In this document: positions 1 through 12,275 of the stretch, piece after piece
Numbering within the stretch: position 1 is the first letter of the stretch
Layout of the letters: the number at the start of each line of letters is the position of its first letter
Source: Callorhinchus milii
Taxonomy: Eukaryota
NCBI RefSeq assembly: GCF_018977255.1
Contig: NW_024705559.1
Location: 1-34,557 of the forward strand
Direction: 5' to 3'
DNA length: 34,557 bases
Position numbers and translations under genes: made by a program
Notes under the pieces: generated by a model
Told to the model about the DNA's origin: nothing
Database searches by the model: none
Seen by the model: only the letters and a program-made list of their open reading frames with translations

Positions 1-7
1 CCGTTTT

Positions 8-205
8 AGACTAGGCTCAAAGAAAGCTGTCTCTGGTGTGGACCAATCAGTTTCAAACAATGCATATTATCAGAGTACGTTTTTTGTTTGCATTCTGACC
101 ACGAGTATTGCGGTTAATGCAGACATGATTCCTCGTAAAAGGTTTCAGTTTGCTGTTTTAACATCTTAACACAGCTATTTTGTGGCCAGAAAAAAGGGAA
201 AACCT
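8..205 (+). repeat. Structured repeat family A, diverged copy
   Basis: Aligns by eye with 30811-30990 and 10470-10670 (GACTAGGCTC..GAAAGCTGTCTC..GGTGTGGACCAATCA..ACATGATTCCT..AAAAGGT). Confidence 0.75.
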
Positions 206-689
206 CTCATAATCTGGTCTACGTTTTCAAAGTGCCTGAGCGATGCCAGCCTGAGTTGAACACCCCGAGCATATGAACTCGCACACTTGCAATTGTGAGT
301 GGAGCGTTCTGGAGCAGCATCACGTGGCCAAACAATGTAAATGTAATATCGCGTATCACAATGGCAATAATAATCATAATCATGAAGAAGCTCCCAGCAC
401 GTGGAGAAAAATGTCGGTCGTCATACCGAACAACGCTCAGTACAAGCACGTTGAGAAACCTTTTTATTGCTATTGTTAGTATCACTTCTAGCGCTAGGGC
501 GTGCAGAAAAAACATTCAATGCCACTAGATATCGGAGTCAAAACAACAGCCCGCATGAACAACACACACACACACATATATATACAAAATGGGTACCAGT
601 TTGAATTGTAGCAGCACTGGGCACTGTGGTGGACAATCCACACAGCTATACCAGGGAGCATTGTATTTATCCTTAACACAACTACAGCA

Positions 690-1110
690 CCATTGGAACC
701 TCATTTGCCAGTAAAAATATGTTAATTGTTTTTTTACCCTTCTATCTGGCAACAAAACTGACACCTTTTTACAAGGAGTCATGTTTACATAGACCACAAT
801 ACCTGCAGTCATAATGCAAACAAAAACATAACTCTGATAATGTGCACTGTCCTTGAAGTTGATTGGTCCACACCCGAGACAGCTTTCCTTAGAGCCTAGT
901 CTCACATGGGTTGGACCAGATGACGCCAAAAGGCGCACAACTCAAAGACAATGCACCATCAGAGTATGAGAGCTCGGGTGAAGCATTTACACCATTGGAA
1001 CCTCATTTGCCAGTAAAAATATGATAATTGTTTTTTTACCCTACTATCATGACTCCTTGTAAAAAGGTGTCAGTTTTGTTGCCAGATAAAGGGTAAAAAA
1101 CCAATTATCA
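690..1110. mobile_element. Family A insertion: tandem minus-strand units (~302-bp period) plus inverted fragment
   Basis: ACCATTGGAACCTCATTTGCCAGTAAAAATATG at 689 and 991, inverted piece at about 1047-1110, flanks CAACTACAGCA / CAACTGCAGCA as probable TSD. Confidence 0.7.
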
Positions 1111-4054
1111 CAACTGCAGCAGTGACATTTGACCAACTTGGTAAGGTTTTTTGACTGAGTCTACCCTGACCAGCATTTGCATGGAGAACGTGATTATTTG
1201 TATGTAGGACATCGATATTTTGTATTCATAACAGTTTAAATAATTATACAAAAATTAGTTATTTCATGATGCTGCGTTGTTCGTGGTGCACAATCACAAT
1301 TAACGAAAACAAACTTGACACACTCGTAAACAACATTACCTCAAAATTACAATATATATAATTGTCTACTCTTTGGGCAATGACTCTTTTTCTGTATGTC
1401 CTATGAAGAAGGCACACTCCCAAAATATGATGGAATTTATATATGTATTTATTTTAATGCATGGCTTGTTGACAATAGTGAGCTTATTTATAATGATGAT
1501 ACTGTGTATGATCACAGTTCGCTGTGTACACTTATAATCATTATACGCAGTATACTGTCCTGCTGAGGAATAGTGGCACCTTTCGTTAACACACTGCGCT
1601 GTGAATGATACAACCTGAGTTCGATTCTCACTCAAGGCGAACTTCAGTAGCGAGCGCCATCTGAGTGGATCCCCCATCCTCGCGTCTCCAACGGGCACTG
1701 ACCAGCAGGTGAAGTATGGTCAAACAGCCCGCGTGAACAACACTGCATGGGGAGGCCTTCGTACACCAGTGGATTGACACAGTGCCTACATTATCATCAT
1801 AAAGTGTTGCATTTAAACATTTTGGACGAGTGGTGCTGCAGAGTGCTAAACTCACAATGTAAATATACCAGCTCATCACACCCTCGGGCACTTACAAAAT
1901 GGGTACCAGTTTGTGAGAAGTTAAGAGTGGTTTTCTTATGGATATACTGGTCCATGTCTTAGGAACATGGAATTTCCACCAATGGTACAGCGCCATCAAC
2001 ACGAGATGAACACCATCAAATGCGAGGACTCAATCGTGAAAAAAACCTTAAAATATATATCTACTTTACAAGTGCACAACACATGCATTGGGGATTGGGA
2101 TAGCTTTCTATTCCTTGCAACATTTCACAATTATGTAAAGAGGGATCTTCCTTTGAGACACATTTTCTGCTGCTTAAATTGTACTTCTTTGCCGCGAAGA
2201 TGTACACTTGAATGATATTTCACGATGACGATGCTGGCGGTTGAAAATCATATTGTTGTAAGATGTTTACATAGAATTTTAGGCATCCCGTGCCGGCCTG
2301 ACGGCACCACGCGCCGGTATGTGAGCACAATAGATTCATCACTTTACAATGGAACCACTTTATCATAATCAAAACATCCCACGACAACGAACAAAAAAAA
2401 AATCAGCATTGCAGCGGTGCAGTTTCGCTGCAACGACGGAGCGAGGAATTTGGAATGGAAGGGCGAACGCTAATTCCTCCTCTGCGTCCCAATACAAAAA
2501 AAAGGTGCACTCCTAGTTTTAAAATGCACGGTCCCCAAGGTCCACTTGTACCAAAAAAAAAGGCAAAAGCTTTTTTGATCAGTAACACCTGCCAAACTCA
2601 TCCATCAGCCAGGCCGATGGCAGGATATGCCTCTTCCTACTCATGCTGCGCTGCTGTCGGCTCTGGGACAAGGGCCGCTCTCGAAGTTGCCGGAGACTGA
2701 ATTCTACTTAGGGAGCCAGTGTTTGCTGCCCAAGTTGTATCCTCTGTGTACGCTTCAATGCGTAGTTTTGAAGCTCGCAAGTCAATAGCGGTTTTGCCTA
2801 TGGAGAGGGTTGGTGCCCCCCCCCCCCCCAATGGAATAATATGGAATTTCCACCACTGGCTCCCGGTCACCGATGAAGATAGATGAACGCTGTCTTGCTT
2901 TAATTTGAGCAGGCGAGTCGCTTTGATGAACGACTGCGCAATGGACGTGCATTGCCATTTGAACAGAAAAAAGGCCGAATGGAGTTGTACATTCTGTTAA
3001 TAGAAGCTAAAGTGACAAGTGTGATGTGTACATGGAAAAATACCTCAACTAGAAGCATTGGCTACACAATGCTGATGACTCCCAAGGGTAAGAAACATAT
3101 GTCTTCTCACTTCTCCGAGTCCACCAATTATCTAAATCCTCTTGGCCACATTAAAAAAGGAGTGGAATGGTTTCAAAAAGTGGCTTGCCATATTTCCGAG
3201 CCAACAGTAATGTTTATTGAGAATGTATTTGTGTGTGTAATATATGTGTTCATTTATTTGCGGTAACATCAGGTTCATGCATTTAAACGAAGATTTGAAT
3301 TTAAAATGCATGCTTCATTTGTAACAGATAAGGCATTCTTTTCAATATTAAATGCACGAAAGGGAGTTTTCATTGCACCTGATTATCTTATGCATAAGTT
3401 AATCTCTGCCATAGTAATGTGGAATTTTCACCACTGGCTCAAAATTAATAACAGAGACGAGCACTTCCTAAGACTTTATTAAATATGGAGACACTGACTT
3501 TACTGGGTGCATTCCTTCAAATCTTTTACATCCAGAAACGAATAATCGGGTTTTCACCTTTTGTCGTACATAATACCGAGATTTCCACAATCAAATCTGT
3601 TACTTATGAGAAACTCATGATAACAGGAAAAATAGTGTAGGCCAGAAATCCATAAGTTAAAACAAAGCCAGACATGTTCAAAACGCACTTAGTCTTTGTG
3701 CATGATGCAAAAACCAGCCAGCAGTTCCGAAATAAATTAATTGTGCTCTGCTTGTTTTAGGCCACCATAACAAAAAAACAAATGTGACCTCCTGATTCCT
3801 GTGCAGTGACATTGACCTTTGGACCAGACTGTGTGGCTCACATTGTGAGATTCAGCTCAAACTGTTTAATTTCATTGAGTACACTGCAGATTTTCCCTTA
3901 ATGTGCAGTGGTGAGTAAATATTTAAAAAAATGTACACACATAGCCAGATGGCCTAAATTGAAATTGCACATAGCAAATGCACAAACTAACCTGCATTTA
4001 ACAAAAACAAATATACTCTCTACTCGAGATGGATTTTGTGCTGTGGTAGGAATA

Positions 4055-4635
4055 TAAAGATGCCCCGTATAGCCTTTAACAAACTGTTGGGGCAAGCTCT
4101 GTAAGCAAGCACCTATGAAGGCCGGCATAGCACACAAGAGGGTGGATGGCCAACATCAGTACTGAGGTTTACACACTGCACAAGGTACTTAGTTAAGGCT
4201 GAGTTGACCTAAGGAATACCCAGGATCAGATCAGATAATTGCCACGATGTTGGCTGTGAGCTGGATTCGAACTCGAGTTCCTGGGTTCATTGCTCAGTGA
4301 GCTAACCACTACAATACTGCTCCCCACTAATATATACACAAAGACAAAGGTCCCCCATATAGCCTTTGACATACTGTTATGGCAAGTGCTGTGAACGAGC
4401 ACCTATGAAGGCCGGAATGGCACGCGAGGGAGTGGGTGTCCAACACTAAGCCCGGTCGCCTTTGTCTCCTTAGTGGCGATCTTTACACACCGTACTAGAT
4501 TTTTATTTGAAGCTGAGTCGCCCTAGGAGAGGCCCAGGACCGATTCAGACAATCGTCACTGGTGTTGGCCGTGAGCGGGAATTGAACTTGAGCGGCCGGT
4601 TTGTAGCTCAGCGCGGTAACCGCTCCACTACCGCA
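4055..4635 (-). mobile_element. Two adjacent copies of the same SINE family
   Basis: 4055-4325 and 4338-4635 align in reverse to 11966-12275 (GCACCTATGAAGGCCGG, GCTGAGTCG/TTGACC, TAACCGCTCCACTAC). Confidence 0.75.
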
Positions 4636-6542
4636 CACACTTGCCAATGGGCGCCCACTGAGGTGCACAAACAGAACATACAAAGATCTGTTTCGCCACG
4701 TAGGACGTAGGGATGTGTGCTGTTAGTGAGTTCCTATTAAGGCTGGCATTGGGATGGTGTTAACATCATTATGCATGGTTGCATTCGTCTTCGCAGTGCG
4801 GATAAATATAATGGCACGCCACATCAGGAATTAATTTAAGGTTGAGTTAATGTAGAGGAGGCCCAGAACAAGTTCAGATTCATGGAAATGGTAGAAACCC
4901 ATGTCTCTGAGATCGTAGAGTGTTGACTACTGTGCCACTGCTACACACACACACAAAGGTTCGCGTGCACACACGCACATGCACAATAGCACTAAAAACA
5001 AACAACGTTTGCCCCTGAAGATAAATAGCGAAGGGGTTTGCTTTAGCTTTCTTTGGGGAGAAAATGACCCACTTATAAGCACTTACAGATATTGTTAAAG
5101 TCCTGCTGGAGTGCAGACTTTACAGCCTGTATGGCTAATTTGGCCGTAATGTCCTCCTGTACCGGCATAAGGGGCACCTTGGGATCTCTAAGGCCGTTTT
5201 TTAAAGCGGCTGAAGGATGCCATGCATTGCCATGTTGCATTTGTAGCTGCTACCCACATGTGCATTTAATACCCCTAGGCTCTTCACAGGGTTGTGGTGT
5301 TCTTATTTTTTGCTGGAGTTTTTTTCGATATCAGAGGTCTTGTATTTTGAACCTTGAAAAAAAGAGCGTTTTTTGCATTAATATCGAATCAATAAGTAGT
5401 TTATTTGGTTTAATGCTATAAGTAGAAGCTTAAAATGAGCACATTATTATTGTCTTACCAGAACTCTCTCAGTCAACGCAGCAGCGCATGTCAAGGACGC
5501 ACCCAAGAAGAAGACACGACCACTTCTTGAATAAGTTTGATAGACCTCTCTTACAAATTCATGACAGCTCCTTCACGATCCGTAAAGAGTTGATGACTCC
5601 ATGTAAAATATGTTAAGTGACTCCCTGCTTATACAAGTGTGAGGCATTGCTCATCTCCTGTATATCGGCCTCAGCCAAACGTGGAAATTCCACATTCCTA
5701 TGATGACAGTCAATCATTAAATAGCATATCAATCATCCTTTGTGCATTATTGAGAATTTTTACCTCTCAGGAGATGGCTTATGCCAAAAAGTGAAAAATG
5801 AAATTCATATAGAGTGCCGTAATGTGTGTGTATTGTGCGGTGATTTGTGACCAGGTTGTAACCACCTACTCTATACTTGACAAGCAGAAGTACTTGCGAG
5901 TGAGCGCTCCGATTAAACCCCAGGATCTCAGCGGAGCTGGCTCAATGCTCTAACACAGGTAGAAGGAGGCCCCTTAAGTCCTCCAGACAGCTGCTTAAAT
6001 GCATTCAGTGTTTTGAATAAGTACATTACATGTCCGTGTGTGTGTTGTCACATTTATGTCGTCAAAAAGTAAATGTGCTGCCTTGCTCAAATGATCAATG
6101 GACAGCGCCCATCTCTAGCGATACGCATACCACGTTACTACAACAGAGACAACTTCTCCCATTGAATGACCACTGGATTATTAATGCAGTAACTGCTGGA
6201 TATGAGCACACACCCCGTGGAGCAAGGCCAGCTGTGCGTATATCCCAAGTGGTGTGCTTGTATGTGAAGATGCCCTTTGCCTTCCTTCCACCTGTGTGAT
6301 GTAAGAATGTGTTGCTTCGATAAAAACTGCGTAAACAATTATAACATATACTCCTTTGTCAATCCACTGCTGAATGTATGCCTCTCCACGCCGTGTTGGT
6401 TGTGGGGGTTATTTGACGATGCTTCATCACACTCATTGTTGCAAGCATTTAAATAAGTGGGAGAAAGGAGGGAAATGCAGCACTGTGTTAGCTATGGCTG
6501 GGAATCAAACTCAGGTATCTGGGGTCGTAGTGGAGTGAACTA

Positions 6543-8268
6543 CCGTATTTTTCCGCATATAGCCCGCATACGCAAATACCCTGCAAAAATATCGTTTTGT
6601 GTAAAACAAATTTCAGATAGCGCACACCTCCATATACCCCACATGCATTCATATCTTTAACGTTGTTACCGCAGCTTAATTCCATCATATTAATACAAAG
6701 TTTACATTTGTAATACATTCCACTATCAATTGTTAACGTTAAAATCATAACGTGCGCAAAGAAAATAAACTAACTGGAAACGAGTGATATCTCGGCCTCG
6801 CTGTGTGCTGCGTTGCACCGCTAGTCGAGTAGATAACCTTGCGTTCAATAAACCCTCGGAGTCAGGATGAACGTCCGACTCCAATCGTCATTTATTGATT
6901 TTAACAAGGTAAAACTGGTTAGAAAAACAGATACAGCGTCTGTTATAACCCGGAAACACCAACACAATGAACACCACAGCATCAGAACATTGTCTTAGAT
7001 AACAATAGATCATGGATGGACCAGGCCCCTACATTACCACTGAACAACTATACAAGAGCACAAGCCGGTGCGTTGCATAAAGGCACATCGTGTATTCATC
7101 CCACTGCACCCCAAATGTACAGCATTGCACATAGCAACATAGGCACAAGTCTGACTCGACCTACTAAATCACAAGTAACATCCACAATAAGGAAAGTTGC
7201 AGGCTTCATTGCTAACTAGGCCTCGTATTTACCACAACAACTTAATGGCACCATAAAGGCATTCACATAACTATAACGATCATTCCAACATTACAACAGC
7301 ATTGCCAATATTATAACAATACAAACAAACTTACAGACAATGCTTCTCAAAGTCCCACGATGGACAACTGCGTCTGGATTCACTGAGACGCGATGTGTGC
7401 CGCCATCTTGAATTATCTGTGTAATGGCCGACGCCAGCGTGGTTCAGTGGAAATCTAAAATTGCAGCTTCCTGGTCACGTGACCAAAATTAGCATCAAAA
7501 ACAGGAAATTCCTGTGTACATACGCCCCCCCCCCCATCTGCCGTGCGGCAAAACTCCTGCCGTGAGACAGAACAAGTGAACTTAAACAGTAAATAAGTAA
7601 CAAAAGTAAATATCCAATAAATAAGCAAAATATAACTGGTAGGTAAGCATGTAAGCGTACTGTTAGGCTTACTAGCATTCGACCTCATATGACAGCTACT
7701 GGACCGGTAGTTACCCCTGTACAGTTTTAGCGCTGGTAGATTGCACACTGCGCAGACAATAGCGGCACTACGGTAACGCCATTGCCTCCTGGCAACAAAG
7801 CCATTGGAGTTTGAAACAAAGCTCATGGTCGCGACTGTATAGTGCTCAGCCAATAGCAGCGGCCTAAGGACTCAGCAATTATGATTCCGCGTCTGGTAGA
7901 CGCTTGTTAAGCCCTTCCCATTGTGCAATCCAGAGCCTCAGCTGAAACTTGCGCACCCCCCTACAGCCACTGAAAGCATTACGGTAAACAAAGTGCGCCC
8001 ACTTCAAACAATTTCGTTTCATTGTACAAACAATTCGAATAATTAAAAACGTGAAAACATGTGCAATTTTAGTGTGAGTGGTTTATTCAGCAGTGCTTTA
8101 GTCAAGTGTTGCATAGTGGACAGTCCTTCCATGAAAAAATTAAACGATTAATGACATGTCACACGTGTAAAAAAAATTGGGATAGCCCGCACCTCCATAT
8201 ACCCCGCAGGGTCTTGTTTTGTTTGTAAAAAGTGGTCTGCCCTGCGGGTTATGTGCGGGAAAATACGG
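6543..8268. mobile_element. Non-autonomous Tc1/mariner (pogo/Tigger-like) element inserted in a SINE
   Basis: TIRs CCGTATTTTTCCGCATATAGCCCGCA / TGCGGGTTATGTGCGGGAAAATACGG with TA TSD. The flanks rejoin into a reverse SINE head (GTGAACTAACCACTGTACCACCGCTCC). Confidence 0.85.
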
Positions 8269-8380
8269 TAACCACTGTACCACCGCTCCACCTGTGCAAT
8301 GCAGTATAAGTCCTCTTCTCTGCGACTATACCACCCGTGACGACACTATATTACTATACTACCCGTGACTATACTATTTA

Positions 8381-8896
8381 CCACTATAATGAGCCAAGAA
8401 TGTCTGTGTCCCGCGCGTGACGTCACTCAACGTCGGCCAGCCCCCCTCATTAATAATCATGAGCAGGTGATGTGACTCCACATCCAACAGCCCCCCTCAT
8501 TCATAATCATTAAGAGGTGATATCTTCCAATGAACACCCCCCACCCATTAATAATAATTAGCGGGTGACGTCACTCTACATGGGGGGGGGGGGGGGCGAG
8601 GCGCCTCCTCCCCCCTCCTCAGCGTCAACTTACAACCCTCACTACAACGGCAGAACCTCATCTCACGTGATCTCCGTAACGCTATTGAGACATAGAAGTA
8701 AAAAGGATGTCATAATGAACAAGGGATTACAATAATAATAATATTATTATTAAAACCTTTAAATGAAATAAGTCTATGTCACCGCGGCTTTACAAATTGC
8801 ACACAAATTGATGCAATGAATATATCACATCTGCTTTTCGCTTGCAAGTTTCAGATTTACTGAAGTACACTCGTCCTTGGACAGGCAAAAGGCTAG
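8381..8896 (+). mobile_element. Probable non-autonomous Helitron
   Basis: Ends in a short GC hairpin followed by CTAG|T, has internal ~46-bp tandem repeats, and interrupts an ACTAT-type simple repeat. The 5' end is approximate. Confidence 0.45.
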
Positions 8897-8979
8897 TACT
8901 ACTATACTACCGGGACTACACTACCCATGTCTTTACGATACTACATACTACCAGTGACTATACTATACTATAGTACTAC

Positions 8980-9687
8980 TATAGTGAATAATTCAGAGAC
9001 ACTATTTAGGAGGCAACAACGTTATTCTACATTTATGTAACACCATTACTCACGGGACTAAATACACGGGACCATAATCCTCTCACTTACAGGATAACTA
9101 TAACCGGGTCAGAGCAACCAATGTGCTGTCTGACCCACGATTTCGAAGATGGCGATGAAGACGTAGCACTTGGGTTCCCCTGCAGACAGCCCCGATATGT
9201 GATGGGAGCTTCCTTTATTACGTGGCCTGGCTCCACCTCGGCCGCGCCTACCTCTGGAATATTCCCGACAGTTCCAGGCTACACCGCACCTGTTCCCTCT
9301 CTGGCTCCACCCTTAACCACACCCTCTTCGGGAATTCTCCAGACGTTTCTCTGCTACTCTTCCCGTGTCCCCGCGTTCACTCTTGGCCCACATTCCTCAC
9401 CTGGGCCATCACATGCTTAACCCGGTGCTGGGGTGACTCGTCATCACATGCCCTCCCCTACCGCCAGTCCCCTACACCATACACCCCCAGTGACCGACTC
9501 TGTGGCGATTACCTGCGGCGCTGGAGGAGGCTGGTAGGACTCATCAGGCTTCCTTCTGCTAGCACCCAGTACCATGCCCCTAGTGGCCCACTGGGTGGTA
9601 ATGCACGGTGTGTTAGCCTCTGCGCCCATTTCTACGGCACTTGGCGTTGGCGCTATGCGCCATAGTGACCCATTTAAAATCACTACA
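8980..9687. mobile_element. Probable solo LTR
   Basis: Termini TATAGTGA / TCACTACA (degenerate TG..CA) flanked by CTAC on both sides, interrupting the ACTAT repeat. Confidence 0.5.
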
Positions 9688-10000
9688 CTACTATACTATG
9701 TTACGATACTACCCGTGACTATGCTATACTGCTATACAACTCGTTACTATACTACCCGTGACTATGCTATACTATCTGTGACTATACTATGTTACTATAC
9801 TAACCGTGACTAAGCTATACTGCTATACTACTCGTGACTATACTACCAATGACTATACTATACTATACTACCCGTGACTATGTTACCCGTGACTATACTA
9901 GAGTAGTACGATACTATACGTGACTATACTATGTTACTATACTACCCGTGACTATATTACCCATGACTATACTAGAGTACTACGAAACTATACGTGACTC
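9688..10000. repeat. Degenerate ACTAT / CTACCCGTGACTATA simple repeat (also 8325-8380 and 8897-8979)
   Basis: Visible tandem motif, split by two insertions. Confidence 0.85.
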
Positions 10001-10228
10001 CAATGATCCGTGGGAACTGTATGGTCAACGGAAACTGTTATTATTATTATTATGTTTTATTATCATTGACCATGTTTTACCTATTGTCCACGATAATCCA
10101 GAACTCTTCCTGTGAATAATTGGAATAAATGTTTTACCAATTCCGCAGGTAATAGGATCCACAATGTTCAGACTCCACATCACCGTGGATAAGATGAATC
10201 CTGGATCTTTTTTGGCAGTATAAAAGTA

Positions 10229-10670
10229 TGAAAAAATAAAATTAGGTTTTTACCCTTTCTGGCAATAAACCAGGTGTTAAGATATTCAAACACCAAATAG
10301 AAACCTTTTGCAAGGGATCATGTCTGCATTAACCACACGTACTTGTGGTGAACATGCAAACAAAACACATTCTCGGATCATATGCATTGCCTTCGAAACT
10401 GTTTGGTCTACACCAGACATCCTTCGTTTGGGCCTAGTCTCACCAGTGTCTCACCAGTGTCACTGCTGAGACTACTCTCTGGTGTAGACCAAAGAGTTTC
10501 ACAAAGACAATGAATATATTATCAGAGAATGTGTTTTGACTGCATGTTCACCACAAGTATGTGTGGTTAATGCAGACATGATTCCTTGCAAAAGGTTTCT
10601 ATTTGGTGTTCGAACTTCTTAACAATTGGTTTATTGCCAGAAAGGGTCAAACCTATTCTTATTTTTTCAC
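10229..10670. mobile_element. Family A (diverged subfamily) head-to-head palindrome
   Basis: About 10229-10415 is the reverse complement of about 10478-10670, with scattered differences. Confidence 0.75.
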
Positions 10671-11965
10671 GAGACAAATCCTACCGATAAAAACAAATGT
10701 CATGCGGCACATTAGAGGTATAATTGTTGATTTTTTTTAGTTTGAAGTGACGTTGATGTAAAAATGGACATTACAATGCAGTCACACAACTGAGAGATGC
10801 GCGACTCGCAACCGGAACGAAGCGGCGCGTGCGATGTAACGGGCTCACACCACGCTGCCCGACTCCGACGCGGTGAGACCGCCAGTGGCAGGCAGAGTAA
10901 GGGCCACACGCCTCTCTGCCCCCACGTTTCCCACATTTTGCCCCACGGGCCATCCGTTGGCATGCCTGGAAGTCACGTGGCTCTCGTGCACAAGCCCCAG
11001 AAACGATGGCCGGGTGCCCTTTGCATCGCTGCCCAAGCTTATCAAAGCCTGCCGCCGTTCGATGGAGGTGACTTTCTCCCAGGTTGTGGGCTCAAACAGC
11101 GACTCTGTTTCCGCTTAAGTGGTGGAAATAAGACGCGCCAGTAAAAACAAGGGGAAAAAATAGATTAGCGCAGCAGAATAACTTGCTTTCAAAACGCACT
11201 GCTGCCAACATCTGCAAACACTTGCGTTCGTGATGACTTAACTAAGACGGCACCATATCCAAGATCGCTGTGCCTGCTGTCTTTTTGATTTGTCCAAATA
11301 CAAGCGGCCGTGATAATTAATTCCTATATTTATACTGTTGTGTGTGTGTTGGGGATGCAGCCACGGTGCAATGATTATCAGACTCGGCTTGCAATGCAGA
11401 GGTCTATGGTTCGATCTCCAGGCGCGACAGTTTAAACAATTGGCACGTTTGTTAAATCTCGCCGCCTTTTTCCACACGGAAGTATAAATACATGGGGAAC
11501 ACCACAGTTAGTCATACAGCCGGTCAGCGTGTGGTGGGGTAAAATACTCCCACCTCTTCCAAGAAGTCCAGGCAGTGTAGAAGAGTAGGCCAAAGTACCC
11601 TTCAGAGTGGCTCTCTAGAGCTCATTTGCAGTGAAGGCCCTTCTGCGAGCAGTGGTGTCAGTAAGAAATTACACGGCTTAACCCTTTTTACCTTTTTCTA
11701 TGAAGTGACATTGGTCTCCATCAAAGTAATGTCGAATTTCCATCACTGGCCGGAATAACCAATGAAGATGAGCACCACAACCCACCCTCAGTTGTGTGTG
11801 AGGCACTTTGATTAGCACAAAACGTAATGGATGTGTGTATGTATATTTGTGTAAAAGGGCCTCAAGGTGCACATAGCCTGGCACAAGCGTGTTGGTGACG
11901 TCACCGCCACTTAATGGCGAATGGCGGTTGTTGTTGTGTAAAAGGGCAATCCAACTATTGAATGG

Positions 11966-12275
11966 GGGAGCGGTGGTGTAGCGGTTAGCGCGCTGCGCTA
12001 CGAAACCGACAACCCGAGTTCGATTACCGCGCACGGCCAACACCGGTGACAATAATCTGAACCAGTCCTGGGCCTCCCTGGGTCGACTCAGCCTCAAATG
12101 AGTTCCTGGTGCAATGTGTAAATATTGCCACCAGGGAGACAACGGCGGTCGAGCGTTGTGCTAGCCACCCACCCCCTCGTGTATGGTTCCGACCTTCATA
12201 GGTGCTGCTCGCTAACAGCACTTGCCCCAAAAGTATGTTAAGGCTACATAGGGCATATTTGTCTTTGTTTGTCTT
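11966..12275 (+). mobile_element. tRNA-derived SINE, full length
   Basis: A box TGGTGTAGCGG, B box GAGTTCGATT, central GGGTCGACTCAGCCT block, short TTTGTC tail. Related copies are present in the window. Confidence 0.8.

Noticed and set aside
870..915. Canonical hammerhead or SECIS element in family A
   Set aside because: There is no CTGANGA core upstream of GAAAGCTGTC and no ATGA-helix-AA-GA spacing typical of SECIS, so it is left unclassified.
540..1915. Short shared blocks AACAGCCCGC.TGAACAACAC and TACAAAATGGGTACCAGTTTG (540-603 versus 1722-1913)
   Set aside because: Real but too short to interpret. Probably remnants of an old local duplication or repeat.
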